Shown here: positions 30,316-41,401 of the stretch, one piece after another
Layout of the letters: the number at the start of each line of letters is the position of its first letter
Position numbering within the stretch: position 1 is the stretch's first letter
From: Clostridia bacterium
GTDB lineage: Bacteria; Bacillota; Clostridia; UMGS1883
Assembly (NCBI GenBank): GCA_045656865.1
Contig: JAZOSB010000021.1
Location: forward strand, 1,140 to 65,139
DNA: 64,000 nucleotides
Direction of reading: 5' to 3'
Made by a program: the position numbers and the translations under genes
Notes under the pieces: generated by a model
Told to the model about the DNA's origin: nothing
The model's input: the letters and a program-made list of their open reading frames with translations, nothing else
Databases searched by the model: none

Positions 30316-31314
30316 ATGAAGAAATTGAATGTAGCCGTGGTAGGTGCAACAGGTATGGTTGGAAGAACCTTCCTCAAGGTACTTGAAGAGGAAAAACTCC
30401 CTGTTGAAAACTATTACCTTTTTGCATCCGCACGCAGTGCAGGTTCAAAAGTAGAATTTATGGGTAAGGAATATACTGTTGAAGAGCTTAATGAAAACTC
30501 TTTCGACAGAGGTATCGATATTGCACTTTTCAGTGCAGGCGGCTCTATAAGCGAGAAGTTTGCTCCTATTGCAGCTTCTAAGGGTTGTGTTGTTATCGAT
30601 AACTCAAGCGCATGGAGAATGAATCCTGAGGTTCCGCTTGTTGTTCCCGAAGTAAACCCCGAAGATATAAAGTGGAACAAGGGTATTATTGCAAACCCCA
30701 ACTGTTCAACAATTCAGGCAATGGTTGCACTTAAGCCCCTTGATGTAAAGTACAAAATCAAAAGAGTAATTTATTCTACATATCAGGCTGTTTCCGGTGC
30801 AGGTATGGGCGGCTGGAGTGACCTTGAAAACGGTCTTAAGGGCGAGGCTCCCAAGAAGTTCCCCCATCCCATTGCAAACAACTGTCTTCCCCACATTGAT
30901 GTATTTCTTCCCAACGGCTACACTAAGGAAGAAATGAAGATGGTTGACGAAACAAAGAAAATTCTCGGCCGTGACGATATCAGAATTACAGCAACAACTG
31001 TTCGTGTTCCCGTATTCAATAGCCACAGTGAATCAATCAATCTTGAATTTGAAAATGCATTCGAGCTTTCTGAACTCGTTGAAACACTTAAAAATGCACC
31101 CGGTATCGTTGTGCAGGATGATACAGCAAACAATGTTTACCCCATGGCAATTACAGCTACCGGTACAAATGATACATATGTTGGAAGAATCCGCCGTGAT
31201 GAAAGCGTTGAAAATGGTGTAAACCTTTGGGTTGTTGCAGATAACATCCGTAAGGGTGCTGCTGCAAACGCTGTTCAGATTGCAAAAAAGCTTATCGAGT
31301 ATATGAATGACTAA
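30316..31314 (+). CDS. asd: Aspartate-semialdehyde dehydrogenase
   Basis: GATGMVG, DNSSAWR, NPNCST and DNIRKGAA motifs. Confidence 0.97.
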   Translation: MKKLNVAVVGATGMVGRTFLKVLEEEKLPVENYYLFASARSAGSKVEFMGKEYTVEELNENSFDRGIDIALFSAGGSISEKFAPIAASKGCVVIDNSSAWRMNPEVPLVVPEVNPEDIKWNKGIIANPNCSTIQAMVALKPLDVKYKIKRVIYSTYQAVSGAGMGGWSDLENGLKGEAPKKFPHPIANNCLPHIDVFLPNGYTKEEMKMVDETKKILGRDDIRITATTVRVPVFNSHSESINLEFENAFELSELVETLKNAPGIVVQDDTANNVYPMAITATGTNDTYVGRIRRDESVENGVNLWVVADNIRKGAAANAVQIAKKLIEYMND

Positions 31315-31331
31315 TTAGGAGGTATTATCAA

Positions 31332-32225
31332 ATGAGAACAAAATCAGTATTCACAGGTTCCTGCTGTGCAATAATAACACCATTTGATAAGAACGGAGAC
31401 ATAAACTTCCCCGCACTTAAAGAAATTGTTGAGTTTCAGGTAGTAAACGGCACTGATTGTATCTGCGCCTGCGGTACTACCGGTGAAGCGTCTACAATGA
31501 ACGACAAGGAGCATCTTTCCGTTATTGAATTTATTGTAAACACAGTAAACGGAAGAATCCCCGTAATCGCAGGCACAGGCTCAAACGATACAAGACACGG
31601 TCTTGAGCTTTGTAAAAACGCCTGTGCACTTGGCGTAGACGGACTTCTGGTGGTTACACCTTACTATAACAAAACCTCACAGAGAGGTCTTGTTCACCAC
31701 TATAATACTATAGCAGACAGCGTTGATAAGCCTATCATTATCTACAATGTTCCCGGAAGAACGGGCTGCAATGTTGCACCCACAACATTAAAAACACTTG
31801 CAGAGCATCCTAATATTGCAGGTATCAAGGAAGCTTCGGGAAATATGGCACAGGTTGTTGAAATGATGTCACTTTGTGCTGACAAGATTGATTTTTATTC
31901 CGGTAATGACGAAATTAACATTCCCATTATGGCTATGGGTGGTTCCGGTGCAATTTCAGTTCTTGCCAATGTTGCTCCCACACAGACACATAATATGATT
32001 AAATATGCACTTGACGGTGATTATAAGAACGCATCTAAAATGCAGATGGAAGCACTTGACCTTATAAATTCACTTTTCTGTGAGGTTAATCCTATTCCCG
32101 TAAAAGAAGGTATGAATTTACTCGGATTTGATGCAGGTTATACAAGACTTCCTCTTTATGAAATGGCTCCTGAGAACGTTGAAAGACTCAGAAAGTCAAT
32201 GGAAAACTACGGATTGATTAAATAA
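31332..32225 (+). CDS. dapA: 4-hydroxy-tetrahydrodipicolinate synthase
   Basis: GTTGEAS, PYYNK, YNVPGRT, GIKEASG and NPIPVK motifs. Confidence 0.96.
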   Translation: MRTKSVFTGSCCAIITPFDKNGDINFPALKEIVEFQVVNGTDCICACGTTGEASTMNDKEHLSVIEFIVNTVNGRIPVIAGTGSNDTRHGLELCKNACALGVDGLLVVTPYYNKTSQRGLVHHYNTIADSVDKPIIIYNVPGRTGCNVAPTTLKTLAEHPNIAGIKEASGNMAQVVEMMSLCADKIDFYSGNDEINIPIMAMGGSGAISVLANVAPTQTHNMIKYALDGDYKNASKMQMEALDLINSLFCEVNPIPVKEGMNLLGFDAGYTRLPLYEMAPENVERLRKSMENYGLIK

Positions 32226-32241
32226 TTTCGTTATAAAACTC

Positions 32242-32277
32242 ATAATCGTGCCGTAAAATATAATACGGCACGATTAT
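32242..32277. other. Perfect 14-bp intercistronic hairpin between dapA and dapB
   Basis: ATAATCGTGCCGTA-AAATATAA-TACGGCACGATTAT, with no clear U-tract. Confidence 0.8.
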
Positions 32278-32297
32278 TAAATTTCGAGGTGAAGCAT

Positions 32298-33059
32298 ATG
32301 ATAAGAATAGCATTGGTTGGTATAAACGGAAAAATGGGACAAGTAATCTGCAGAATACTTGATTCTCATGACTTAGCAGAAATTGTTTGCGGTGTTGATA
32401 TTAACAAAGAGGAAAAGAACGGTGTCCCCGTGTACGGAGCACTCAGTGAGGCAAAAGAGGAAATTGATGTAATTATCGATTTTTCCCATCCCTCTTCCCT
32501 TGATTCAACACTTTTATATGCAACAGAGAATAAAAAGGCTCTTGTTCTTGCTACAACAGGGCTATCCGCCGAGCAGATTGATTCTGTAAATGAAGCAGCA
32601 AAGGTAACTCCCGTATTTTTCAGTGCAAATATGTCTTTGGGTGTTAATCTTTTGATTGAGCTTGCAAAAAAGGCAACTGCATTGCTTCAGGATAATTTTG
32701 ATATTGAAATTATCGAAAAGCACCATAATCAGAAAATAGATGCTCCAAGCGGTACTGCACTGGCTATTGCAGATGCAATAAATGACACCTGCAGTAAATC
32801 CAATGAATATGTTTACGACAGGCATAGCACACGCAAGAAGAGAAGCAAGAATGAAATCGGAATACACTCATTACGCGGTGGTACAATTGTAGGAGAACAT
32901 AGCGTTATATTTGCAGGCAATGACGAGATAATAGAGCTGAAGCATACTGCAACAAGCAAGGAAATCTTTGCAGTAGGTGCTGTTAAAGCCGCCCTGTTCA
33001 TTTTCGGTAAAGCTGCAGGTATGTATAATATGGGACATCTTATTGAGGGGAATTGTTGA
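32298..33059 (+). CDS. dapB: 4-hydroxy-tetrahydrodipicolinate reductase
   Basis: G..GKMG, IDFS, ATTG, EKHHNQKIDAPSGTA and RGG.IVGEH motifs. Confidence 0.96.
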   Translation: MIRIALVGINGKMGQVICRILDSHDLAEIVCGVDINKEEKNGVPVYGALSEAKEEIDVIIDFSHPSSLDSTLLYATENKKALVLATTGLSAEQIDSVNEAAKVTPVFFSANMSLGVNLLIELAKKATALLQDNFDIEIIEKHHNQKIDAPSGTALAIADAINDTCSKSNEYVYDRHSTRKKRSKNEIGIHSLRGGTIVGEHSVIFAGNDEIIELKHTATSKEIFAVGAVKAALFIFGKAAGMYNMGHLIEGNC

Positions 33060-33061
33060 CA

Positions 33062-33733
33062 ATGAAAAGAACATCTTTAAAGGACCGTATCCTTCCCGAC
33101 TACACAAAGGGTGAAGAGCTTTCAAATATGATAACACATATAGTCGGCGGAGTATTGGGTGTTATATACCTGATTCTGTGCGTTGTTATATCTGTTATTC
33201 ACAATAACATATACGGTATTGTCAGCTCGGCAATTTACGGGGTATCGGTAATAACACTTTTCACAATGTCTAGTATCTATCACGGACTTAAACAGGGAAT
33301 GGCAAAAAAGGTATTTCAGGTTATTGACCACTGTACCATATACATTATGATTGCAGGAACTTACACACCGATTGTGCTTTCGGCAATGCGTCCTATATCA
33401 CCCGTTGAGTCCTGGATTCTGTTTGGAATTGTATGGGCAGTAACGGCAATTGCTATGGTATTTACGGCAATTGACCATAACAAGTTCAAGGCATTCTCAA
33501 TGGCTTGTTATCTTGGTCTTGGCTGGTGTATTATAGCTTTCTGGGACACTACCTATAAGGCAATTGGTTTTCAGGGAGCTGTGTACCTTGCTTTAGGCGG
33601 TGTACTATATACGATAGGTGCAGTTTTGTACGGATTGGGCAAAAGAAAAAGATATGTTCATACACTTTTTCATATCTTTGTTGACCTTGCGAGTTTAATG
33701 CACTTTTTCTGTATTTTCTTTTACGTGCTCTAA
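33062..33733 (+). CDS. Hemolysin III / PAQR family membrane protein
   Basis: EELSNMITH, SSIYH, DHCTIY..IAGTYTP and HTLFHIFV motifs. Confidence 0.9.
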   Translation: MKRTSLKDRILPDYTKGEELSNMITHIVGGVLGVIYLILCVVISVIHNNIYGIVSSAIYGVSVITLFTMSSIYHGLKQGMAKKVFQVIDHCTIYIMIAGTYTPIVLSAMRPISPVESWILFGIVWAVTAIAMVFTAIDHNKFKAFSMACYLGLGWCIIAFWDTTYKAIGFQGAVYLALGGVLYTIGAVLYGLGKRKRYVHTLFHIFVDLASLMHFFCIFFYVL

Positions 33734-33773
33734 AAAAACAGTTGATTCTACAAGTTAGAATCAACTGTTTTTT
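33733..33773. terminator. Bidirectional terminator between hlyIII and ftsH
   Basis: AAAAAACAGTTGATTCTA-CAAGT-TAGAATCAACTGTTTTTT. Confidence 0.88.
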
Positions 33774-33776
33774 CTG

Positions 33777-35606
33777 TTATTCTATTTCTGTATCTGTCAC
33801 TTCTTCAAGTGTACCTGTTTCAAAAACCTTTTCAAATTCGGCTGCATCAAGCTTTTCATATTCAACAAGAGCTTTAGCGACATTGTCAAGCTTATCTCTG
33901 TTGTCTGTGAGAAGCTTTTCGCACTTCTCGTAACATTCATCAATTATGCGTTTGATTTCCTCATCAATAACAGCCGCAACACTTTCACTGTAATTTCTTC
34001 CCTGAGAAAAATCTCTTCCGAGGAAAACCTCATGGTCTTCAGCATTAAAAGTAACATATCCGAGCTTCTCACTCATACCGTATTGCATAACCATTTTCCT
34101 TGCGGTCTGAGTTGCCCTTTCAAGGTCGTTTGAAGCACCGGTATTAATATCGTCAAAAACAATCTTCTCAGCTGCACGGCCTGCAAGCATCATAATTATA
34201 TCCTCGAGCATTTCATTCTTGGAAATATAGCTCTTATCCGTATCAGGAAGGCTTAAAGTAAATCCGCCTGCCCTGCCGCGGGGAATAATCGAAACCTGAT
34301 GTACATTATCCTGCGTAGGAAGAAGCTTTGCCGCAACTGCATGACCAGCTTCGTGGTATGCGGTTTTTTCTTTGTTATCCTTTTCGTGCTTACGGTTCTT
34401 CTTTTCAGGTCCCATAATTACCTTGAGGATTGCTTCATCAATTTCGTCCTGTTCAATTATCTTCTTATTTCTTCTTGCACTTAAAATTGCAGCTTCGTTA
34501 AGAAGATTTTCAAGGTCTGCACCCGTAAATCCATAGGTGGATTTTGATACAGTTTCAAGAGAAACGCTATCAGAAAGAGGCTTGTTTTTAGAATGAACCT
34601 TTAAAATTTCCACTCTGCCCTTCTGGTCGGGGTAGTTAACAACTACCTGTCTGTCAAATCTTCCCGGTCTTAAAAGAGCAGGGTCAAGGATGTCAGGTCT
34701 GTTGGTAGCTGCTATCATAATGATACCTTCGTTAGTTCCAAAGCCGTCCATTTCTACAAGAAGCTGATTAAGGGTTTGCTCTCGTTCATCGTGACCGCCG
34801 CCAAGTCCTGCGCCACGCTGTCTGCCGACCGCGTCAATTTCGTCTATAAAGATGATTGCAGGGAGATTCTTTCTTGCCTGTTCAAAAAGGTCTCTTACAC
34901 GGCTTGCACCGACACCTACAAACATTTCCACGAAATCCGAACCTGAAATTGAGAAGAACGGAACGCCTGCTTCACCTGCAACTGCTTTTGCAAGCAGAGT
35001 TTTACCTGTTCCGGGAGGGCCTACAAGAAGTACTCCCTTGGGGATTCTTGCACCGAGTTCAATAAATTTCTTGGGGTCTTTAAGAAACTCAACTACTTCC
35101 TCAAGCTCTTTCTTTTCTTCGTCGGCACCGGCTACCTGCTCAAAGGTTACTTTACTGTCCGCGGCAGATTTTGCCTTGGACTTACCAAAGTTTCCTATAC
35201 CGTGACCGCCGGTTTGTGAACGCATAAAGGAAAATATAAAAATCCCCATAATTAAAAACATAAGTATCGTCGGAAGAAGTGATACCCACCAGGAAATCTC
35301 CTCGGGGGCAGGAACTTCCGTATTTTCCAGAACGCCGTCTTTAATCTGCTGTTCAATTTCATCACCAAGTATTGTCAATAATACTATCTGATTAACCTCG
35401 ACCTTGTATTCCTTACCGTCAATGGTTGCAATAGTCGTAGTATCACCGATTTCCATAGATGTAACTTTTTCTTCCTTAACAGCTTTTACAAGGTCTGAAA
35501 AGGATGTTACACCTGAATCGGGCTTTTGCTGAGAAAACATCATCAAGAGTATTATTACAATTGGTAAAATTATATAAAAGCTTATACTTCTGAAACTCTT
35601 TTTCAA
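33777..35606 (-). CDS. ftsH: ATP-dependent zinc metalloprotease FtsH
   Basis: [32 protein letters not shown] and HEAGH motifs. Confidence 0.98.
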   Translation of the reverse strand: MKKSFRSISFYIILPIVIILLMMFSQQKPDSGVTSFSDLVKAVKEEKVTSMEIGDTTTIATIDGKEYKVEVNQIVLLTILGDEIEQQIKDGVLENTEVPAPEEISWWVSLLPTILMFLIMGIFIFSFMRSQTGGHGIGNFGKSKAKSAADSKVTFEQVAGADEEKKELEEVVEFLKDPKKFIELGARIPKGVLLVGPPGTGKTLLAKAVAGEAGVPFFSISGSDFVEMFVGVGASRVRDLFEQARKNLPAIIFIDEIDAVGRQRGAGLGGGHDEREQTLNQLLVEMDGFGTNEGIIMIAATNRPDILDPALLRPGRFDRQVVVNYPDQKGRVEILKVHSKNKPLSDSVSLETVSKSTYGFTGADLENLLNEAAILSARRNKKIIEQDEIDEAILKVIMGPEKKNRKHEKDNKEKTAYHEAGHAVAAKLLPTQDNVHQVSIIPRGRAGGFTLSLPDTDKSYISKNEMLEDIIMMLAGRAAEKIVFDDINTGASNDLERATQTARKMVMQYGMSEKLGYVTFNAEDHEVFLGRDFSQGRNYSESVAAVIDEEIKRIIDECYEKCEKLLTDNRDKLDNVAKALVEYEKLDAAEFEKVFETGTLEEVTDTEIE

Positions 35607-35629
35607 AGCAATACCTCCTTACTTATTTC

Positions 35630-35658
35630 ATTATATTTAAGGAAACAGAATTTATCAA
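35630..35658 (-). promoter_or_regulatory. Internal sigma-A promoter for ftsH
   Basis: TTGATA-17 bp-TATAAT between hpt and ftsH. Confidence 0.65.
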
Positions 35659-35671
35659 TTCTTTTCACATA

Positions 35672-36217
35672 TTATTCATAATATTCTTTCTTTAGTACAC
35701 CTACAAACGGATACTGTCTGTACTTATAATCAAAGTCCAGTCCGTAGCCGACTACAAATTCGTCGGGAACTTCAAAACCAACATACTTAACATCTATATC
35801 CACGACTCTGCGTGACGGCTTATTAAGGAAGGTACACAGCTCGACGCTTTTTGCACCTTTGTTAAGCAAATATTCCTTGATTTTTTTCAGGGTTCTTCCC
35901 GAGTCGATAATATCCTCAACAATTATTATGTCCTTTCCTACAGGATCAAAACCTTTTCCTGTATGAATCTCTACATCACCCGAAGAAACTGTATCAGAGC
36001 CATAGCTTGAAGCAAATATAAAAGATATGCCGACAGGTATTGATACTGCACGCATAAGGTCAGATGCAAACATAAAGCTTCCGCTTAAAACAGAAAGCAT
36101 AAGAGGCTCCTTATCACGGTAGTCTTTATCAATAGATGCTGCCATTTCCTTAATTTTTAATGTAATCTCCTCCTCGGATATGAGGACTTTTTCAATGGGG
36201 TCGTTGATATTTGCCAT
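35672..36217 (-). CDS. hpt: Hypoxanthine phosphoribosyltransferase
   Basis: IIVEDIIDSGRT and FVVGYGLD motifs. Confidence 0.95.
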   Translation of the reverse strand: MANINDPIEKVLISEEEITLKIKEMAASIDKDYRDKEPLMLSVLSGSFMFASDLMRAVSIPVGISFIFASSYGSDTVSSGDVEIHTGKGFDPVGKDIIIVEDIIDSGRTLKKIKEYLLNKGAKSVELCTFLNKPSRRVVDIDVKYVGFEVPDEFVVGYGLDFDYKYRQYPFVGVLKKEYYE

Positions 36218-36235
36218 AATGTACTTTTCCTTTCT

Positions 36236-37582
36236 TTAAGTGTTATCTTCTGTATAATCAATTAAAAGGTATTTCTTTGTATTTTTATCAGGTGTATAGG
36301 AGGGAGATTGCCTCAGTCCGCACAGAAAAATAATTTCATTTTCTTTCAAAATAAGCGGAACAAAATCACGTTTTGCCCTCTCAATTTTTTCATCGGAAAA
36401 TATGTCGCTAATTTTCTTTGTACCGTTCATTCCCTTTAGCTTCATTCTGTCGCCTTTTTTTCTGAATCTTATTTTTAAAGGAAATGAGAGCTTATCCGCA
36501 TCAAATACAGCAGCATTGTTACCTGATTTGGCAGGATGATTGTTAGCAATTTCCACCTTGATGGAGAATTTTTCGTGATTAAAAGAAGTTTCTCCAGTTA
36601 TCGTAAATTCTTCTGCAACTGCCTTTTCTCTTTTCCTGAGATAAATTCTGTCATAGGACTTCTCTGCATAGGAGTTTGCATTTATGTCAAATTTTTTACC
36701 GCTTTCTTTTTCGGTATACTTTATAAAATCTTCTATTTTATCTGCTGTAATTTCTTTCATACCCCAGAGAAACAGCAGATTTGATATAATTCTCCTTTTA
36801 ACAGGCAATTCATAGCTGTTAAACTCACTTAAAAGAAGATAATTTTTAAATAAACATCTGGATAACGCCATATCAGCAAGAGAATGTAAATACATATCAT
36901 CCTCGCCGATAAGCTTTGCTGCTGAAACAATCCTCTTTTCCGCATTATTTACAACACTGTTAAGCTCGGGAAAAACTTTAAGCCTGAGCTTATTTCTGGC
37001 ATATACGGGAAGTGCGTTGGTACTGTCATTACACCACGAAATTCCGTTGCGGATGAGATAATCCTCAATTTCACTACGGCTTATATCCAGAATAGGGCGT
37101 ATAATATTATCTCTTTTATAGCTTATCCCCGACAGTCCGTGGGCACTGCTTCCTCTTATCAACCTGAAAAGAACGGTTTCCGCATTGTCATTAAGATTAT
37201 GTGCGGTAGCAATTTTTGCCCCGCCAAGCTCCTTTGAAATTTCATCGAAAAATTCGTAACGGAGGATTCTTCCGCACTCTTCCTCACCGATTTTTCTTGC
37301 TTTTGCAATTTCTCTAACATCATATTCTCTGTAAAAGCATTTAACATCTGCGGCTTTACAAACACTCTTGACGAAATTACTGTCATGGTCAGACTCTTCT
37401 CCGCGGATAAGGTGATTAACATTCGCAACGTAAACGGTCAGGTTGTAATCATATTTTAATGATTGCATTAAATGCAACAGACAAACAGAATCTGCACCGC
37501 CCGATACCGCACATATAACGGTATCTCCGTTTTCAAGAAGGTTATGCTTTTCAATAGTCTTCCTGACCTTTTCAAGAAGCAT
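36236..37582 (-). CDS. tilS: tRNA(Ile)-lysidine synthetase
   Basis: AVSGGADS, TAHNLNDNAET and IRP motifs, plus the C-terminal domain. Confidence 0.95.
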   Translation of the reverse strand: MLLEKVRKTIEKHNLLENGDTVICAVSGGADSVCLLHLMQSLKYDYNLTVYVANVNHLIRGEESDHDSNFVKSVCKAADVKCFYREYDVREIAKARKIGEEECGRILRYEFFDEISKELGGAKIATAHNLNDNAETVLFRLIRGSSAHGLSGISYKRDNIIRPILDISRSEIEDYLIRNGISWCNDSTNALPVYARNKLRLKVFPELNSVVNNAEKRIVSAAKLIGEDDMYLHSLADMALSRCLFKNYLLLSEFNSYELPVKRRIISNLLFLWGMKEITADKIEDFIKYTEKESGKKFDINANSYAEKSYDRIYLRKREKAVAEEFTITGETSFNHEKFSIKVEIANNHPAKSGNNAAVFDADKLSFPLKIRFRKKGDRMKLKGMNGTKKISDIFSDEKIERAKRDFVPLILKENEIIFLCGLRQSPSYTPDKNTKKYLLIDYTEDNT

Positions 37583-37587
37583 TTTCG

Positions 37588-38919
37588 TCAGCTCCTGTTA
37601 TCCAGATTCATAAACTTTGTATATTCACCGCGCCAAGCAAGATTTATAATTGAACATTCACCTGCACGGTTTTTCGCAAGAATACACTCGACGATATTAC
37701 CTGCAGATTCCTCTGCGTTTTCTTCGGTAATAGGTCTGCTCAGCATAATTACAATATCGGCATCCTGCTCTATAGAGCCGCTTTCACGAAGGTCACTGAG
37801 CATAGGCCGTCTTGAGAGCTTTTCCGAGGAACGGTTAAGCTGAGAGAGGGTTATAACAGGAACATTAAGCTCCTTAGCCATAATCTTTAGTGAACGTGAC
37901 ATTTCACTGACTTCCTGAGCACGGCTCTCCCCTCTTGATTTACTGCTTCCCTGCATAAGCTGAAGATAGTCAATAACAACAAGGCCAAGTCCCTTTTCCA
38001 TTTTCAGTCTGCGGCATTTTGCTCTTATTTCAGCAACAGTTATACCAGGGGTATCGTCAATATATATGGGTGCAGTAAACAAATCCTTTAACGAATGAGC
38101 TATTTTTGTCATATCGGCTGCATCAATGTCACCGACACGAAGCTTTCCAGATTCAACCAAAGATTCGCTGGAAATAACTCTGTTTACAAGCTCATCCTTA
38201 CTCATTTCAAGAGAGAATATTGCAACCGGTACTTTTTCACGGATTGCTGCATTCTGTGCTATGTTAAGGGCAAAGCTCGTTTTACCAACGCCGGGTCTTG
38301 CCGCAAGAATGATAAGGTTACTGTTCTGAAGACCTGCAGTGGCAGCATCCAGCCCTGTAAAGCCCGTTCTTATTCCCGTGATTTTTCCACCGCGTTTTTT
38401 TCTTTCCTCCAAGAGAGCGAGGGTTGACTTAACAACTTCTCCTATATGGGACAAGCTCTTATTCCCCTGCTGCTCGCTTATTCTGAACACCAGCTGCTCA
38501 CTTCTGTCGATAAGCTCAGTTGCCGACAGCTCATCACTCATTCCTGCATCAATAATTTCGCCTGCAGCTTCAATGAGTCTTCGCTGCGTCCTTTTATCGC
38601 GGGCTATTTCAATATATTGGTCAAGGTTTTCCTTGGTAAATACGTTTTGTGCTATTTTTGTGATATACGCAATACCACCGACACTATCAAGTCTGTCACC
38701 GAGCTTCTCGGAAAGGGTTACCATATCTACTGGAATACCCTCTTCAAAAAGCTTGGATATAGCATTGAACAATGTTTTGTTGGCGGTAGCATAAAAGCAC
38801 TCCTCGTCAAGCTTATCCATTGCATTAACGAGTGCTTTTTCGTCCAGTATCATATTACCAAGAATCGCCGCTTCTGCCTCAAGATTATATGGCATGGTTC
38901 TGCCGATTGGCATATCCAT
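37588..38919 (-). CDS. dnaB: Replicative DNA helicase
   Basis: AARPGVGKT, FSLEM, IDYLQLM, LSQLNR and DLRESGSIEQDAD motifs. Confidence 0.97.
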   Translation of the reverse strand: MDMPIGRTMPYNLEAEAAILGNMILDEKALVNAMDKLDEECFYATANKTLFNAISKLFEEGIPVDMVTLSEKLGDRLDSVGGIAYITKIAQNVFTKENLDQYIEIARDKRTQRRLIEAAGEIIDAGMSDELSATELIDRSEQLVFRISEQQGNKSLSHIGEVVKSTLALLEERKKRGGKITGIRTGFTGLDAATAGLQNSNLIILAARPGVGKTSFALNIAQNAAIREKVPVAIFSLEMSKDELVNRVISSESLVESGKLRVGDIDAADMTKIAHSLKDLFTAPIYIDDTPGITVAEIRAKCRRLKMEKGLGLVVIDYLQLMQGSSKSRGESRAQEVSEMSRSLKIMAKELNVPVITLSQLNRSSEKLSRRPMLSDLRESGSIEQDADIVIMLSRPITEENAEESAGNIVECILAKNRAGECSIINLAWRGEYTKFMNLDNRS

Positions 38920-38954
38920 TTACATCACCGTATTTCTCAAATAATTTTCATTAG

Positions 38955-39404
38955 TTACTTTGCCTGATTTACAACAACTGTAATTTTTGCGGTTATATCG
39001 GGGTATACCTTAATTTCAACTGTGGTTTCGCCGATTGTTTTAATTCCGTCGGGAAGTACGATTTTACGCTTATCAATTACGTGATGAAGCTGATATTTTA
39101 TAGCGTCTGCAACATTCTGATTGGTAATCTTGCCGAAAAGCTTACCGTTATCCCCTGCTTTACCTTCAAGAACAACCTTTGCTCCTTCAAGGCTCTTTGC
39201 CATTTCCTTAGCCGCTGCTATTTCCTGCTGTTTATGATACTCAGCCGCTTCATTTTTCCCTTTTATATTATTAAGGACATCTGCAGTAGCAACCTCTGCC
39301 ATTTTTCTTGGCAAAAGGAAGTTTCTTGCATAACCGTCACTTGCCTCTACTATATCACCTTTTTTACCGTGTCCTTTAACGTCCATTAGAAGTACAACCT
39401 TCAT
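38955..39404 (-). CDS. rplI: 50S ribosomal protein L9
   Basis: [18 protein letters not shown]...DGYARNFL and GKLFG motifs. Confidence 0.97.
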   Translation of the reverse strand: MKVVLLMDVKGHGKKGDIVEASDGYARNFLLPRKMAEVATADVLNNIKGKNEAAEYHKQQEIAAAKEMAKSLEGAKVVLEGKAGDNGKLFGKITNQNVADAIKYQLHHVIDKRKIVLPDGIKTIGETTVEIKVYPDITAKITVVVNQAK

Positions 39405-39421
39405 ATTTACCCAATCCTTTC

Positions 39422-41401
39422 TCAGTTATTAATTTCGTCTATTGCATCCTTAAGCATCTCACCAACATCGGTAACAGATGTTCCGAGAAGCTGTGCGCCT
39501 GCAGTCATCATATGTCCGCCGCCGCCAAGCTTTTCTAAGATAACCTGCACATTTACTTCGCCGAGGGAACGACCGCTGACAATTACAGTACCATCCTCTG
39601 CACGTGCCACAACGAAGGATGCTTTAATATCATTGATTTCCAGCATTTCATCAGCTGCCTCAGCAATAATAACGTGAGGAACAACGCCTGAAAAGAGTGA
39701 TATTGCTATATTATCACCGTAAAGCTGTGCTTCGGTAACGATACACGCCTTTAGCTTATAGTTATCAATTGATTCTCTGAAAAGCTTCTTGACGTGAAGA
39801 GTGTCTACGCCTGCTGTTCTAAGATAAGCGGCTGCTTCAAAAGTTCTCACGCCTGTTTTAAAGGTAAAATTCTTAGTATCTACCGCAATACCTGCATAAA
39901 GAGCTTCCGCAACAACTGTTGATACAGAAAAATGATTGCTGAAATACTGCATAATCTCTGCCACCATCTCACAAGTTGAAGATGAGAACGGCTCATGATA
40001 AACAATGTCAGCATTCTCGATAAAGCTTTCGCTTCTGCGGTGATGGTCGATAACCAGTTTTGTTTTTACCGAATCAATGAGCTCGGGCATTTCTGTATAT
40101 TCAGGAATATGTGTATCACAGATTACAAGCAAGGTTTTGGGCGTGATATATTCTTTTAATCCCGATTTGCCTATGAACATCTCATCAAGATAATGATTTT
40201 CCTCAATCTTCTTCATAAGCATTTTCACGGTGTCGTCCTTGGTAATCAAAAGCACCTTTGCATCTTTTTTGATGTGGTTAGCCATACTTGCAATACCGAT
40301 TGCAGCACCGATTGCGTCGGCATCACTGTTACGGTGTCCCATAATAAGAACATTGTCGGAATTTTCCATAAGCTCACGAAGGTTACGAGCCATAATACGT
40401 GCCTTAACCTTTGTTCTTTTCTCGGTTTCCTTTGAGTTTCCGCCGAAATACCTGAACTTTCCGTCTTCACGGATTACAGCCTGGTCACCGCCCCTGCCGA
40501 GAGCCATTTCGAGGGCTTTCTTTGCTGAAATATTATTCTTATTAAGTGTTTCTCCGCCTATTCCTATACCGATACTTATTGTTGGCGGCGTCTTCAAACC
40601 TGTGTCAAAGGATTTTACATTATTCAGAATTTCAAATTTAGTATCGACAATACTGTCGAGCTGTTTTTTTGTAAACACACACAAATAACTGTCTTTTTCA
40701 AGTTTTTTTACAAGTGCACCCAAATCCTGCATATAACCAATGATATTCTTATCAAGGAGGCTTATAACATCAATTCTTTCTTCGTCGCTGATGCTGTTAA
40801 TAACCTCATCATAGTTATCTACATTTATATGTGCAACTGCACAGCGTGTATTTTCAAGTTCTTCTCTCAGGGAAACAACTTCTGTAATATTTTCCATATA
40901 CAGCATAATTGCCGCATGGTCGGCGGATGCTTTTCTTTTTACATTTGCACGGACCTTATAGGTATTGTCACCTGATTTTACAATTACAGGAGTACGTCCG
41001 CCGTCTTCATATATTTTTCTGATATTGATTTCGGGAATAAGCTCCGCCACTTTCTTTTCTGAAACAACGGAAAATAACTCCTTAAAAGCAGAGTTATACC
41101 ATGCAACTGTACCGTCAAGGCGTATTCCTGCAATGGGATTCATGGATTTAAAGAGAGCTTCGTTGTTCTGAAGTTCGTTATCATCACTGGCTGCATCGCT
41201 TATATATTCTTTCATCTTCCTGATTCTGACAAAATGCCAAATAGCTTTTTCAAGCAGAATGAGTATTGATGTAATTATAATGATACCTGCAATTACAGGC
41301 TGTGATGGAATCAAAAACAATGCGCAAACCATAACAATGACAGCAAATACTGGAGTTGCCGCTTTAGGCATGGAATCAAGCATTTCATTCTTCTGTTTCA
41401 T
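39422..41401 (-). CDS. gdpP: c-di-AMP phosphodiesterase GdpP (PAS, degenerate GGDEF, DHH/DHHA1)
   Basis: LGRGGDQ, GH...D.DAIG, DHH and GGGH motifs, and position before rplI. Start placed at ATG 41401. Confidence 0.9.
   Translation of the reverse strand: MKQKNEMLDSMPKAATPVFAVIVMVCALFLIPSQPVIAGIIIITSILILLEKAIWHFVRIRKMKEYISDAASDDNELQNNEALFKSMNPIAGIRLDGTVAWYNSAFKELFSVVSEKKVAELIPEINIRKIYEDGGRTPVIVKSGDNTYKVRANVKRKASADHAAIMLYMENITEVVSLREELENTRCAVAHINVDNYDEVINSISDEERIDVISLLDKNIIGYMQDLGALVKKLEKDSYLCVFTKKQLDSIVDTKFEILNNVKSFDTGLKTPPTISIGIGIGGETLNKNNISAKKALEMALGRGGDQAVIREDGKFRYFGGNSKETEKRTKVKARIMARNLRELMENSDNVLIMGHRNSDADAIGAAIGIASMANHIKKDAKVLLITKDDTVKMLMKKIEENHYLDEMFIGKSGLKEYITPKTLLVICDTHIPEYTEMPELIDSVKTKLVIDHHRRSESFIENADIVYHEPFSSSTCEMVAEIMQYFSNHFSVSTVVAEALYAGIAVDTKNFTFKTGVRTFEAAAYLRTAGVDTLHVKKLFRESIDNYKLKACIVTEAQLYGDNIAISLFSGVVPHVIIAEAADEMLEINDIKASFVVARAEDGTVIVSGRSLGEVNVQVILEKLGGGGHMMTAGAQLLGTSVTDVGEMLKDAIDEINN

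Noticed and set aside
33062-33733. Hemolysin III as a virulence factor
   Set aside because: It belongs to the ubiquitous PAQR family and sits in a housekeeping operon, with no evidence of toxin function.
37588-38919. Intein in dnaB
   Set aside because: The length of 443 aa is normal and the motifs are contiguous.
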